Shown here: piece by piece, positions 26,063 to 38,700 of the stretch
How positions within the stretch are numbered: position 1 is the stretch's first letter
Layout: every line of letters starts with the position of its first letter
DNA from: Malacoraja senta
Lineage: Eukaryota
NCBI GenBank assembly: GCA_038087875.1
Contig: CM075994.1
Coordinates: 10,232,001 to 10,296,000, forward strand
Length of the DNA: 64,000 nt
Direction: 5' to 3'
The notes under the pieces: model-generated
Seen by the model: only the letters and a program-made list of their open reading frames with translations
Database searches by the model: none
Told to the model about the DNA's origin: nothing
Made by a program: the position numbers and the translations under genes

Positions 26063-29000
26063 TATATAACCATATAACCATATAACCATATAACCATAAC
26101 AGCACGGAAACAGGCCATCTCGGCCCTTCAAGTCCGTGCCGAACATTTAAAAAAAAATTGTTTTTAATTAAAAATAAATACTTCCCCCTAGTCCCATCTA
26201 CCTGCACTCAGACCATAACCCTCCATTCCTTTCCCGTCCATATACCCATCCAATCTATTTTTAAAGGATAACATCGAACCTGCCTCCACCACCTTCACTG
26301 GAAGCTCATTCCACACAGCCGCCACTCTCTGAGTAAAGAAGTTCCCCCTAATGTTCCCCCTAAACTTCTGTCCCTTAATTCTCAAGTCATGTCCCCTTGT
26401 TTGAATCTTCCCTACTCTCAATGGGAAAAGCTTATCCACGTCCACTCTGTCTAACCCGCTCATAATTTTAAAGACCTCTATCAAGTCCCCTCTTAACCTT
26501 CTGTGCTCCAAAGAATAAAGACCTAACTTGTTCAACCTTTCTCTGTAACTTAGTTGCTGAAACCCAGGCAACATTCTAGTAAATCTCCTCTGTACTCGCT
26601 CTATTTTCTTGACATCCTTCCTATAATTAGGCGACCAAAATTGTACTCCATACTCCAGAATTGGCCTCACCAGTGCCTTGTACAATTTTAACATTACATC
26701 CCAACTTCTATATTCAATGCTCTGATTTATAAAGGCCAGCACACCAAAAGCTTTCTTTACCACCCTATCTACATGAGATTCCACCTTCAGGGAACTATGC
26801 ACAGTTATTCCTAGATCCCTCTGTTCAACTGCATTCCTCAATTCGCTACCATTGACCGTGTACGTTCTATTTTGATTTGTCCTGCCGAGATGTAGCACCT
26901 CACATTTGTCAGCATTAAACTCCATCTGCCATCTTTCAGCCCACTCTTCCAAATGGCCTAAATCTCTCTGTAGACTTTGAAAATCTACTTCATTATCCAC
27001 AACACCACCTATCTTAGTAACATCTGCATTCTTACTAATCCAATTTTCCACACCTTCATCCAGATCATTGATGTACATGACAAACAACAGTGGACCCAAC
27101 ACAGACCCCTGAGGCACTCCACTAGTCACCGGCCTCCAACCTGACAAACAGCCATCGACCATTACTCTCTGGCATCTCCCATTCAGCCACTGTTGAATCC
27201 ATCTTGCTACTCCACCATTAATACCCAACAATTGAATCTTCTTAACCAACCTTCCATGAGGAACCTTGTCAAAGGCCTTACTGAAGTCCATATAGACAAC
27301 GTCCACTGCTTTACCCTCATCAATTTCCCTAGTAACCTCTTCGAAAAATTCAAGAAGATTAGTCAAGCATGACCTTCCAGGCACAAATCCATGTTGACTG
27401 TTTCAAATCAGGCCCTGCTTATCCAGATGCTTATATATATTATCTTTAAGTATCCTTTCCATTAATTTGCCCACCACTGACGTCAAACTAACAGGTCTAT
27501 AATTGCTAGGTTTACTCTTCGAACCCTTTTTAAACAACGGAACAACATGCGCAGTACGCCAATCCTCCGGCACTATTCCCGTTTCTAATGACATTTGAAA
27601 TATTTCTGTCATAGCCCCTGCTATTTCTACACTAACTTCCCTCAATGTCCTAGGGAATATCCTGTCAGGACCTGGAGACTTATCCGTTTTCATATTTTTC
27701 AAAAGTGTCCGCATCTCCTCTTCTTTGAATCTCACAGTTTCCATTGCTACTCTGCTTGTTTCCCTTACCTCACATAATTCCATATCCTTCTCCTTCGTGA
27801 ATACCGAAGAAAAGAAATTGTTCAATATCTCCCCCATCTCTTTTGGCTCTGCAGATAGCTGTCCACTCTGACTCTCTAATGGACCAATTTTATTCCTTGT
27901 TATCCTTTTGCTATTAATATAGCTGTAGAAACCCTTTGGATTTACTTTCACCTTACGTGCCAAAGCAACCTCATATCTTCTTTTAGCTTTTCTAATTTCT
28001 TTCTTAATATTCTTTTTACATTCTTTATACTCCTCAAGCACCTCATTTACTCCATGCTGCCTATAATTATTGTAGATCTCTCTCTTTTTCCGAACCAAGT
28101 GTCCAATTTCCCTTGAAAACCATGGCTCTTTCCATTTTTTACTATTTCCTTTCAACCGAACAGGGACATAAAGATTCTGTACTCTTAAAATTTCACCCTT
28201 AAATGTCCTCCATTTTTCTTCTACATCCTTCCCATAAAAGAACATGTCCCAATTCACTCCTTTTAAATCCTTTCCAATCTCCTCAAAGTTAGCCTTTCTC
28301 CAAACAAAAGCTCAACCCTAGGTCCAGTTCTGACCCTCTCCATAATTATATTGAAACTAATGGTATTGTGATCACTGGACCCGAAGTGCTCCCCGACGCA
28401 TACCTCCGCCACCTGCCCTGTCTCATTTCCTAACAGGAGGTCTAGCACTGCCCCTTCTCTAGTAGGTACCTCTATGTATTGCTGCAAAAAACTATCTTGC
28501 AAACATTTTACAAACTCCAAACCATCCAGCCCTTTTACAGAATGTGTTTCCCAGTCTATGTGTGGAAAATTGAAATCTCCCACAATCACCACCTTGTGCT
28601 TACTACTAATATCTGCTATCTCCTTACATATTTGCTCTTCCAATTCTCGCTCCCCATTTGGCGGTATATAATACACCCCTATAAGTGTTGCTGCACCTTT
28701 CCCATTTCTCAGTTCCACCCAAATAGCCTCCCTAGACGAGCCCTCTAATCTATCCTGCCAAAGCACTGCTGTAATATCTTCCTTGACAAGCAATGCAACA
28801 CCCCCACCTCTTGCCCCCTTGCCCCTCCAATTCTATCACCCCTGAAGCAACGAAATCCTGGAATATTTATTTGCCAATCACAGCCCTCCTGCAACCATGT
28901 TTCACTGATCGCCACAACATCATACTTCCAGGTGTCAATCCAGGCTCTAAGCTCATCCACCTTTCTTACAATGCTCCGAGCATTAAAATATACACATTTA

Positions 29001-29747
29001 AGAAACCCACCACCACTTATTCTCTGTTTATTATCTTTTTCTTCTTTCTCCCCTACATTTTGGGTTCGAGTGCTTCCCTTCTCTGCCTCCTGCCTCCCAT
29101 ATTTTCCACTAGCTTTCTCTATTTGAGTCCCTCCCCCCAACCGTTCTAGTTTAAAGTCTCCCCAGTAGCCTTTGCAAATCTCCCCGCCAGGATATTGGTC
29201 CCCCTCGGGTTCAAGTGCAACCCGTCCTTTCTGTACAGGTCACACCTTCCCCAAAAGAGGTCCCAATGATCCAGAAATTTGAATCCCTGCCCGCTGCACC
29301 AGTTCCTCAGCCACGCATTTATCCTCCACCTCACTCCATTCCTACTCTCACCGTCGCGTGGCACAGGTAGTAATCCTGAGATTGTTACCTTTGTAGTCCT
29401 TCTCCTTAACTCTCCTCCCAACTACCTAAATTCTCCTTTCAAGACCTCTTCTCTTTTTCTACCTATGTCATTGGTACCTATATGTACCACAACCTCAGGC
29501 TCCTCTCCCTCCGATTTCAGGATATCTTGGACGCGTTCAGACACATCCCTGACCCTGGCACCAGGGAGGCAAACTACCATCCGGGTCTCCTGACTGCGTC
29601 CACAGAATCGCCTATCCGACCCCCTAACCATAGAGTCCCCTATTACTATTGCCCTCCTCTTCTTTTCCCTACCCTTCTGAGCAATAGGGCTGGTCTCTGT
29701 GCCGGAGGCCCGGCCGCTGTTGCTACCCGCAGGAAGGCTGTCCCCCT
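26063..29747 (-). mobile_element. CR1 LINE (second subfamily): ORF1 SGNH-esterase part plus ORF2 APE-RT with stops and frameshifts
   Basis: ORF1 GDSMVRG/HIGTNDIG/DGLHLN; ORF2 [22 protein letters not shown]; tail (AACCATAT)n at about 26065-26100. Confidence 0.93.
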
Positions 29748-30494
29748 CATAATGGACGTGAAAGATCATTTGTAAAACTGGAGGAGGCGTACAAATATGC
29801 CCAGAGCATCGTTGAAAAGTAGAAATTAATGGTATGAATAAATCCTCTTTTTTATTAGAATTCCACGGTTAATGGAGGTTTGGCAGGTCAGAACCATTTA
29901 AAGCAATGTTTTGTTTAGGATGGCGAGACTGTTATCTGTGGAATTTTGACTCAAGGACATTCTGTGTTCCAAACGAAGTAAACAGCCGAACTGAAGAGAA
30001 TGGACTATACCAGAAGCATTAATTGTTTAACAGATTATAATATTAAATCCAATTGTAATAATTGATCCTATTAAAAACCTAACAATTTAACAAGTTATCA
30101 ATATTAAACTAGAATAGTAACGGACACTAATAAAAATAAAAAATAACGAACTAACAAAACTAATATAATTTTTTACTAAATCCAAACCTTATCTATAACT
30201 GGGAGGAGGGGATGAGAAACGAGCACCTGCCTTAGGTCCAGGGGCGCGTTTCGTTAACCCCTTCAACCAACAGTTCCTTTTATTGAAGCAAAAATTATTT
30301 GTTTAATAATTAGTAGCTAAAATTGCGATATATATATATATATGTTATGTTATAATGAAATATATAGGGTAAATTTGTATCATATATCTGAATGTGAGGC
30401 CCCGTTCTAATATGTTATGATTAACCAAGAGAGCGTAGTTATTTGTTTAACATCAACAATGGAAGTCGAAACAAGGTTTTCTCCCACCTACAGG

Positions 30495-30905
30495 TGTAAC
30501 GGGTATAGCTTGGATCCGATAGCAGCACAGAATCAGGCAGGTATAGTTGGTAATGAACTTTATTACGATACTGTAACACAGGAATGGGTACACCGTACTC
30601 ACACAGAGGCTCAGGATTGAGCGAGGGTTCCGAAGAGGGGCAGGCAGGTTCGAATCCGTGTAGGCAGTCGGGAAATCGCTGGAGAGTCATGCATGAATGC
30701 TGAGAACAATCTAGCACTGTGTGAACGGTGAGGAGAGTCTATATACCGGATTAATTGGTGATCAGAGGCAACTGAGTGCCACAGGTGAGGAGAGTTGGGC
30801 TGATGAGAGGGGAGTGGCAGGCAGGCAGGAGAGGAGAAGGAGGGACCGGTGGAAAAGTACTGGGAGGTAAAGTGGATGAGAATGAGGAGAGCGCAGACTG
30901 TGACA
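30495..30905 (-). repeat. 3' LTR of the Gypsy element
   Basis: About 13 mismatches vs the 5' LTR; PPT adjacent; minus-strand TATATA and AATAAA. Confidence 0.95.
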
Positions 30906-33900
30906 GAACCCCCCCCCCTCAAGGGACGGCTCCTGACGTCCCAAAACTAAAGGAAAAAAACAATAAAGAAAATAAACCCAATCCCACGCAGAGTTGGGTG
31001 GGAGGAGGGGGACCGGAGGTGGGCTAATATTCGTCCGAGGCATCCATGTCCGCATCCTCCTCCATAGGATCAGAGGAAAGCTCCGTCTCGTCGTCACTGG
31101 GCGCCTCAGACGGAAGAGGGGACAGAGTCTCAGGGGCGGCGACCCCTCTAGGAGTGGCGGACTTGGACGGCTGGTCGGGATGACGCCGGTGAAACTCCCT
31201 GATGAGGGAGGCGTCCAGGATGTGTCGAGCAGGAACTCAGGACCTCTCCTCTGGACCGTAACCCTCCCAATCGACCAGGTCCTCCCGCGACGGCGGGAGC
31301 GCAGGAGGCGGTGCGCCGTAAAGGCGGGGCCTCCGTCGATGAGACGAGGAGGTGGAGGAGGAGGGACTGCGGGGACCAGGGAGCTCTCCCGGACTGGCTT
31401 TACTCTGGACACGTGGAACGTAGGATGGACCCGCATGGAACGAGGCAACTTGAGCCTCACAGCCGCTGGGTTGATGACCTTCTGGATCTCAAAGGGACCG
31501 ATGAACTTGGGTGCCAACTTCTTGGACTCCACCCTCAAGGGAAGGTCCCGGGTCGACAGCCACACCCTCTGGCCCGCGAGGTAGGTGGGGGCCTGGGTGC
31601 GGTGACGGTTGGCAGTCGTGGCGTAATAGGCCACGGAGCGGAGAAGAGCCGCCCTGGCTTGGGTCCACGTCCTGCGGCAGAGACGAATGAAGGCCTGGAC
31701 GGACGGGCAGGAAACCTCTTTCTCCAGCGCCGGGAACAGTGGAGGCTGGAACCCGTAGGCACACTGGAAAGGGGAGAGCCCAGTGCCCGAGCTTGTCAGG
31801 GTGTTGTGGGCGTACTCCACCCACAACAACTGCTGGGACCAGGAGGAGGGATGCTTGGACACCATACACCGCAGCGCCGTCTCCATCTCCTGATTCTTCT
31901 TTTCAGTTTGGCCTTTGGACTGGGGATGAAATCCGGACGTCAGACTCACGGTGGCCCCCACAAGCGTGCTGAACTCCCTCCGGAACACAGAGGCAAACTG
32001 GGGTCCTCGATCGGAGACCACATCGACGGGGAGACCATGGAGCCTGAAGACGTGGAGTAACATGAGCTCGGCAGTTTCCTTGGCTGACGGAAGCTTGGGC
32101 AGGGGCACGAAGTGAGCCATCTTGCTAAATCTATCGACCACGGTCAGGATGGTGGTGTGAGCCCTGGATGGGGGCAGGCCGGTAACGAAGTCCAGGGAGA
32201 TGTGGGACCATGGTCGATGGGGTACAGGCAGTGGAAGCAGATGACTCGCAGGAGCTTGGTGTGAGACCTTGTGCTGGTTGCAAACGGGACAGGCGTTGAC
32301 AAACTCCCGAGTGTCCTCCTCCAGCGATACCCACCAGAACCTCCGTAGCACCATCTCCTTGGTCCGCTGAATGCCGGGATGATAGGCGAGTCGAGAGCTG
32401 TGGGCCCACTGAAGGACGTCGGACCGCAGGGCAGAAACCACAAACAGGCGATCAGGAGGGCATGCGCTGGGGCCCGGCTGGTTCTCCAAGGCCGCCTTGA
32501 CCCTCTCCTCCACCGCCCAGGTGAGGGAGGCAACCCTGTGCGAGGACGGGAGGATGGTTTTGGGGCCAGAGGCAGACTCCTCCTTCGCCAAGAACTGTCG
32601 AGAGTGGGCATCGGGCTTCACGTTGCGGGACCCAGGTCGGTAGGAGAGGGAGAAGTTGAAGCGGGTGAGGAAGAGAGACCAGCGGGCCTGACGAGAGTTG
32701 AGCCTCTTGGCTGACTGGAGGTATTCAAGGTTCTTGTGGTCAGTCCAAACCAAGAAAGGCTGCTCCGTTCCCTCCAGCCAGTGACGCCATTCCTACAACG
32801 CCAACTTAACCGCCAACAGTTCTCGGTTGCCAATGTCATAATTCCTCTCAGCAGGGGTCAGGCGTCGGGAGAAGAAGGCGCATGGATGGAGCTTCTGGTC
32901 CCCGGCAGCCCGCTGGGACAGAACAGCTCCCATCCCCACGTCGGAGGCGTCCACCTCCACCACGAACTGTCTCTCTGAGTCCGGAACTTGGAGGATGGGG
33001 GCCGATGTAAACCGTGTCTTGAGTGTCTGAAAAGCTTCGTCGGCTGCAGCAGACCACCGTAACGGAACCTTGGAGGAGGTGAGTGCCGTGAGGGGTGCGG
33101 CCACAGTACTGTAGCCACGGATGATCCGTCGGTAAAAATTGGCGAACCCCAGGAACCTTTGGAGCTGCTTGCGGGAGTCAGGAACGGGCCAGGTGGTGAC
33201 AGCAGAGACCTTGGCGGGGTCCATCTTGATGTTCCCTTGGCCAACGATGTATCCTAGGAAGGAAACTGACGGGGAGTGAAACTCGCACTTCTCAGCTTTA
33301 ACGAAGAGCGAGTTCGCCAGGAGGCGATGTAGAACTGCCTGGACGTGGTGTACGTGTTCCTCTTTGGTCCGTGAAAAGATGAGGATGTCATCAAGATAGA
33401 CGAACACGTACTTGTTCAACATGTCTCTAAGAACGTCATTGACCAAAGCCTGGAAGACGGCCGGGGCGTTGGTGAGGCCAAAGGGCATCACCCGGTATTC
33501 ATAATGTCCCGTGGGAGTGTTGAAGGCGGTCTTCCACTCATCTCCCTCTTTGATGCGGACCAAGTGGTAGGCGTTGCGTAGATCCAGCTTCGAAAAGATG
33601 GTGGCCCCCTCCAGGAGCTCGAAAGGAGAGGAGATGAGTGGGAGAGGGTAGCGATTCTTCACCGTGATGCCGTTGAACCCCCGGTAATCTATGCAGGGAC
33701 GCTGAGATTTGTCTTTCTTCTCCACGAAGAAGAACCCAGCCCCAGCATGAGACGAGGAGGGACGGATGAGACCAGCAGCCAAGGAGTGGTTTATGTATTT
33801 CTCCATGGCGCCTCTCTCAGGGGCGGACAGGGAGTAAAGGCGACCCCTAGGAGGAGCGGAACCAGGCAGGAGGTTTATGGCGCAGTCATATGGCCGATGA

Positions 33901-35309
33901 GGAGGAAGGGAGGTGGCCCTAGACTTGCTGAAAACCTCCCCAAAGTCATGGTACTCGGCTGGGACCCCCGTCAGATCTGGAGCAGAACTGGAGCAGGTGG
34001 CCGGTTGAGGAGCTGAGGCTTGCTTCAGGCACACTTGGTGGCAGGAAGGGCTCCAACCCAAGACGACCCCCGTCCTCCAGTCGACGTTGGGGTTGTGTCG
34101 CCGAAGCCAGGGGTAACCCAGGATGAGGGGAAAACGGGGAGACTGCAGGATGTGGAACTGGATGGTCTCATGGTGATTACCAGACAGGAGCATGCGCACT
34201 GGGACCGTCCGGTGAGAAACAGTTCCCAGGAGATGGCCGTCGAGGGCGTTGGCGGGAACAGGTTCAGCCAGGGGAACACAACTGATGCCTAGCTGGCGGG
34301 CTAGTTCCTTGTCCATAAGATTAATGTCACAACCAGAGTCGATGAAGGTGGCGAGGGTAGAGACAGAGGTTCCCCCGACGCCGACGTTCCCGTTCCTCGG
34401 GGGTGAGACTGGTGCGACCCACCTGCATGGGTTCGGGTTGCCTCGACGGTTGCCCCGACGAGGGTAGTCCAGTCTCCGGAGGAAAACGAGCTTGGGTGGA
34501 TAGCTGGCAGTCCGCCGGTCCCTGTCGCCTCTCCCGATGTCTCGCCAGGATGCGTCGGTCCAGACGGGTCGTTAGCTCGATAAGCCCATCCAGAGAAGAA
34601 GGAAGGTCGTGGGACACCAACTCATCCTTGATATAGTCATTCAAGCCCAGCAAGAAAGCGTCACACTGGGCCGGGGCGTTCCAATCACTCTCACGGGCCC
34701 TGGTGCGAAAGTCGATGACGAAGTCAGCGACGCTCTGGTTCCCCTGGCTCAACCCCAGCAGACCTGCCGCAGCGTCCGGACCCATCGAAACCTTACCGAA
34801 CACCTTGCGAAGCTCCGTGGCGAAGGCCTGGAAAGAGGAGCAAGCCGGCGTGCGTCGCTCCCATTCAGCCGTTCCCCACAGCCGAGCTCTGCCAGTCAGG
34901 TGATTAATGGTAAACGCCACTCTCGCCGCTTCCTGGGCGAAGGTGTATGGCTGTAGGGCGAAGAGAATGGAACAGTTCATGATGAATGGGTTGCAGCCCT
35001 CCGGGTCTCCAACGTAACGCTCCGGGGTTCCCACCCGGGGCTCGGGTGATGTTCCTGGCAGACCGGGAGCTGGTGCTGTCGGAGCCGGAGGCGAAGCATG
35101 GGGTGTAGCCTGGGCGAGGGTGGTCGTCAGCTGTTGGACTTGGGTGACTAGTGCAACCAATGCTTGTTCTTGGTTTGACACAGCCTGTCGAATCTCGGAG
35201 TTGGAGGCAGTGAGCATAGCTTCGTGCTGCAGGAGCGTGTGCTCAATCCTCCCGAAGCGGTTTGACGGAGACGCAGTGTGCGCCGAGTCCATTGTTGGCC
35301 AGATTGTAC

Positions 35310-35720
35310 TGTAACGGGGATAGCTTGGACCCGATAGCAGCACAGAATCAGGCAGGTATAGTTGGTAGTGAACTTTATTACGATACTGTAACACATGAAT
35401 GGGTAAACCGTACTCACACAGAGGCTCAGGATTGAGCGAGGGTTCCGAAGAGGGGCAGGCAGGTTCGAATCCGTGTAGGCAGTCGGGAAATCGCTGGAGA
35501 GTCTTGCATGAATGCTGAGAACAAATTGGCACTGTGTGAACGGTGAGGAGAGTCTATATACCGGATTAATTGGTGATCAGAGGCAACTGAGTGCTACAGG
35601 TGAGGAGAGTTGGGCTGATGAGAGGGGAGTGGCAGGCAGGCAGGAGAGGAGAAGGATGGACCGGTGGAAAAGTACTGGGAGGTGAAGTGGATGAGAATGA
35701 GGAGAGGGCAGACTGTGACA
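35310..35720 (-). repeat. 5' LTR of the Gypsy element
   Basis: Direct repeat of 30495-30905; TATATA at 35555-35560; putative PBS at 35298-35307. Confidence 0.95.
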
Positions 35721-38700
35721 ACAGGTGGGCCACTTGTTACAGTGTCGACTATTTTAGACACTGTATTTTCACTTTTTCAATTTAAAAAAAATTATTATTA
35801 TCACATAAACTCACATGTTTGTGTTTTGTGTTTAGAGATAAGCGTAAAAGGGATATGCCAACAAAACGTAGTAATTCAAAGGTTCCCCCCAATACCCAAA
35901 GACCTGAGATATGGATGCACCACAAGATTTAAAGGTACTATAATTATTCAAAATGCAAGATGCTAAACAAAAGAACCTAGGAGGTCTCATTCTGCAGTTG
36001 GAATATAAGAGGTATTAACGAAACTATTAAAAGGGGTAAGATACTAGCTCAGCTAAAACTGTACAATTCTGACATCATCTTCTTACAAGAAGCTCATCTA
36101 AAATCTCAGGATCAAGCTAGGTTGAGGGCGAAATGTATAGGTCAAATATACCGTTCTTCATATACTTCGAAATCTAGAGGTACGTCAATCATTATTAGAA
36201 AAGGTATACCATTCAAAGCAAAGAATACCATAACAGACATTGAAGGGAGATATTTGATAGTTAACGGAGAAATTCATGATACTCCAATTACTTTGGTAAA
36301 TATATACGCGCCTAACTTTGACAACCCTCATTTTCTCAATAAAATTCTGAACATAATCGCAGAGTTTAATTATCAAAATGTTATAATAGGAGGAGACTTT
36401 AACTGTGTTTTAGATCCGTATTTAGACAAATCAAGCCAAAAACAGAGAGGGAATACGAAATCTAAAACCGGTGAACTTTTAAATACTTATATAAACAATA
36501 CTAATATAGTAGATGTTTGGAGAATTGCTAATCCAACTGGCAGGGAATACTCGTTTTATTCAATGGTACATAAAACAGTCACGTATAGATTATTTCCTGG
36601 TGGATACAAAATTAATCCCTCACACTTTGAACCCAGTATACCATACAAACTCGATTTCAGACCATTCACCACTAACTTTCTTTTTAAAACTGGAAGGAAT
36701 GTCTAAGAATAAATCGTTTTGGAGATTTAATTCTCAAATCCTAAAAGATCCGCAAGCGAGTATATATTTAAAAGAACAAATGGACGCCTTTATTGAAATA
36801 AATGATACTCCAGATATATCGCCTACTGTACTATGGGCATCTTTTAAAGCATTCATTAGAGGTATTATAATCTCATATCAAGCTTTTCAAAATAAAAAGA
36901 ATAAGAATGAACAAAGACAGTTAAAAGAACTTATTAGACAAATGGATATAGATAATGCTAAAGATCCATCAATAGATAAACATAATAAAATAATAATTTT
37001 GAAATTTAAATTAAATAAACTATTATCAGCCAAACTTATAAGACTTTTCCAAATTACAAAACAGGAGCACTTTGAATTTGGGGATAAACCGCATAAACTT
37101 TTGGCTCGCCAGCTAAAAAAACGAGAAAAAGAACATACGATCCCAAAGATTAAATCAGATAGAGGGGAATTATTAACCACACCGAAGGATATTAATAAAA
37201 GATTTGCGCAATTTTATGAGAATTTGTATACATCTAAAACGACAACTAACTCCAATAAAATTACAGAGTTCTTGGATAATTGTAATCTTCCAAAGTTAGA
37301 GTTGAAGGAACAAGAGGAATTGGGTGCACAAATCTCAATTAAGGAATTAGAAGATACAATAAACTCATTAAAGAATGGAAAAACACCAGGTCCTGATGGA
37401 TTTACTAATGAATTTTATAAAAGCTTTTATGACAAAATTATACCACGATTACAAAAAGTGTATCAATATGCTTTTAAAAAACAAATATTACCTGATACAT
37501 TAGCTGAATCAACGATCACACTAATACTTAAAAAAGACAAAGATATAGAAGAACCGGGTTCATATAGAGCTATAGCATTGTTAAATACAGATCAAAAAAT
37601 ATTAGCGAAAACATTAGCTAGAAGATTCAGTAAATATATTAGTAAACTAATAAACCCAGATCAGACGGGATTTATCCCTAAGAGATATTAATCTAATAAT
37701 ATGAGACGTCTACTCAATATAATGCACTCACACAAAATTGAAGAACAAGGATTATCAATTATTTCGCTGGACGCTGAAAAAGCATTTGACCAAGTAGAAT
37801 GGAATTATATGGATAAATTATTACAAAAATTCCAACTAGGACAGAATTTTATTTTATGGATTAAACTATTATGTAATAAACCTACAGCTAGAATATTAAC
37901 TAATAACATATTATCCTCGAAATTTCAACTATCAAGGGGAAATAGACAAGGATGCTCATTATCACCACAGTTGTTTGCTCTCATAATTGAACCGTTAGCA
38001 GAAAAAATTAGAACACATCCAGATATCCATGGGTATAATACTAAATATTCAAATAATAAAATATCTTTATACGCGGATGATATATTATTGTACATTACAA
38101 AACCTCAAATTACTATACCAAACATATTAAATCTAATTGAGGACTTTGGATCTTTTTCTGGATACAATATAAATTGGAATAAAAGTGAAATTATGTCAAT
38201 AAAACCGAAAGACTCAACACATATTTTAAAGTTCCCTTTTAAAATAGCTACAGAAAAATTTAAATACTTGGGTGTTGAAATCACTAGAACATATCAAGGC
38301 ATGTTTAAAGCAAATTTTGATCCTTTACTTAATAAATGAAATACACTAATTAAATTTTGGAAAACACTCCCGATGTCTTTAATAGGCCGAATAAATGCAA
38401 TAAAAATGATCTTCTTACCACAAATTTTATACCTATTTCAATCGATTCCTATATACCTACCAAAGAATTATTTTTTTAAACTGGATTCAGACATTACTAA
38501 TTTTATATGGGACTACAAATCACATAGAATACAAAGAACATACTTGAACAAAGCTAAAGTATTAGGGGGCTTAGCACTCCCTAACTTCATGTATTATTAT
38601 TGGTCAGTAAATATTAAAAATATGATTCAACTGATGGACAAATCTGCCCAGCAAGTGGACTGGATTGTAATGGAGAGAGAGGATTGCTCCTCTGGAAACA

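Larger units (their letters stand above)
30495..35720 (-). mobile_element. Ty3/Gypsy LTR retrotransposon, chromovirus (sushi-like) type, defective; gag from ATG 35292, then PR-RT-RH-IN-chromodomain
   Basis: 411-bp LTRs (TG..CA) at 30495-30905 and 35310-35720; TSD ACAGG (30490-30494, 35721-35725); PPT at 30906-30926; FIDSG, YLDD, DASDVG, integrase core and GPF motif. Confidence 0.96.

Noticed and set aside
34327..35532. 401-aa gag ORF as a domesticated PEG10/RTL-like gene
   Set aside because: Lies within a two-LTR element with a TSD and multiple inactivating lesions; the first ~80 aa are LTR read-through upstream of ATG 35292.
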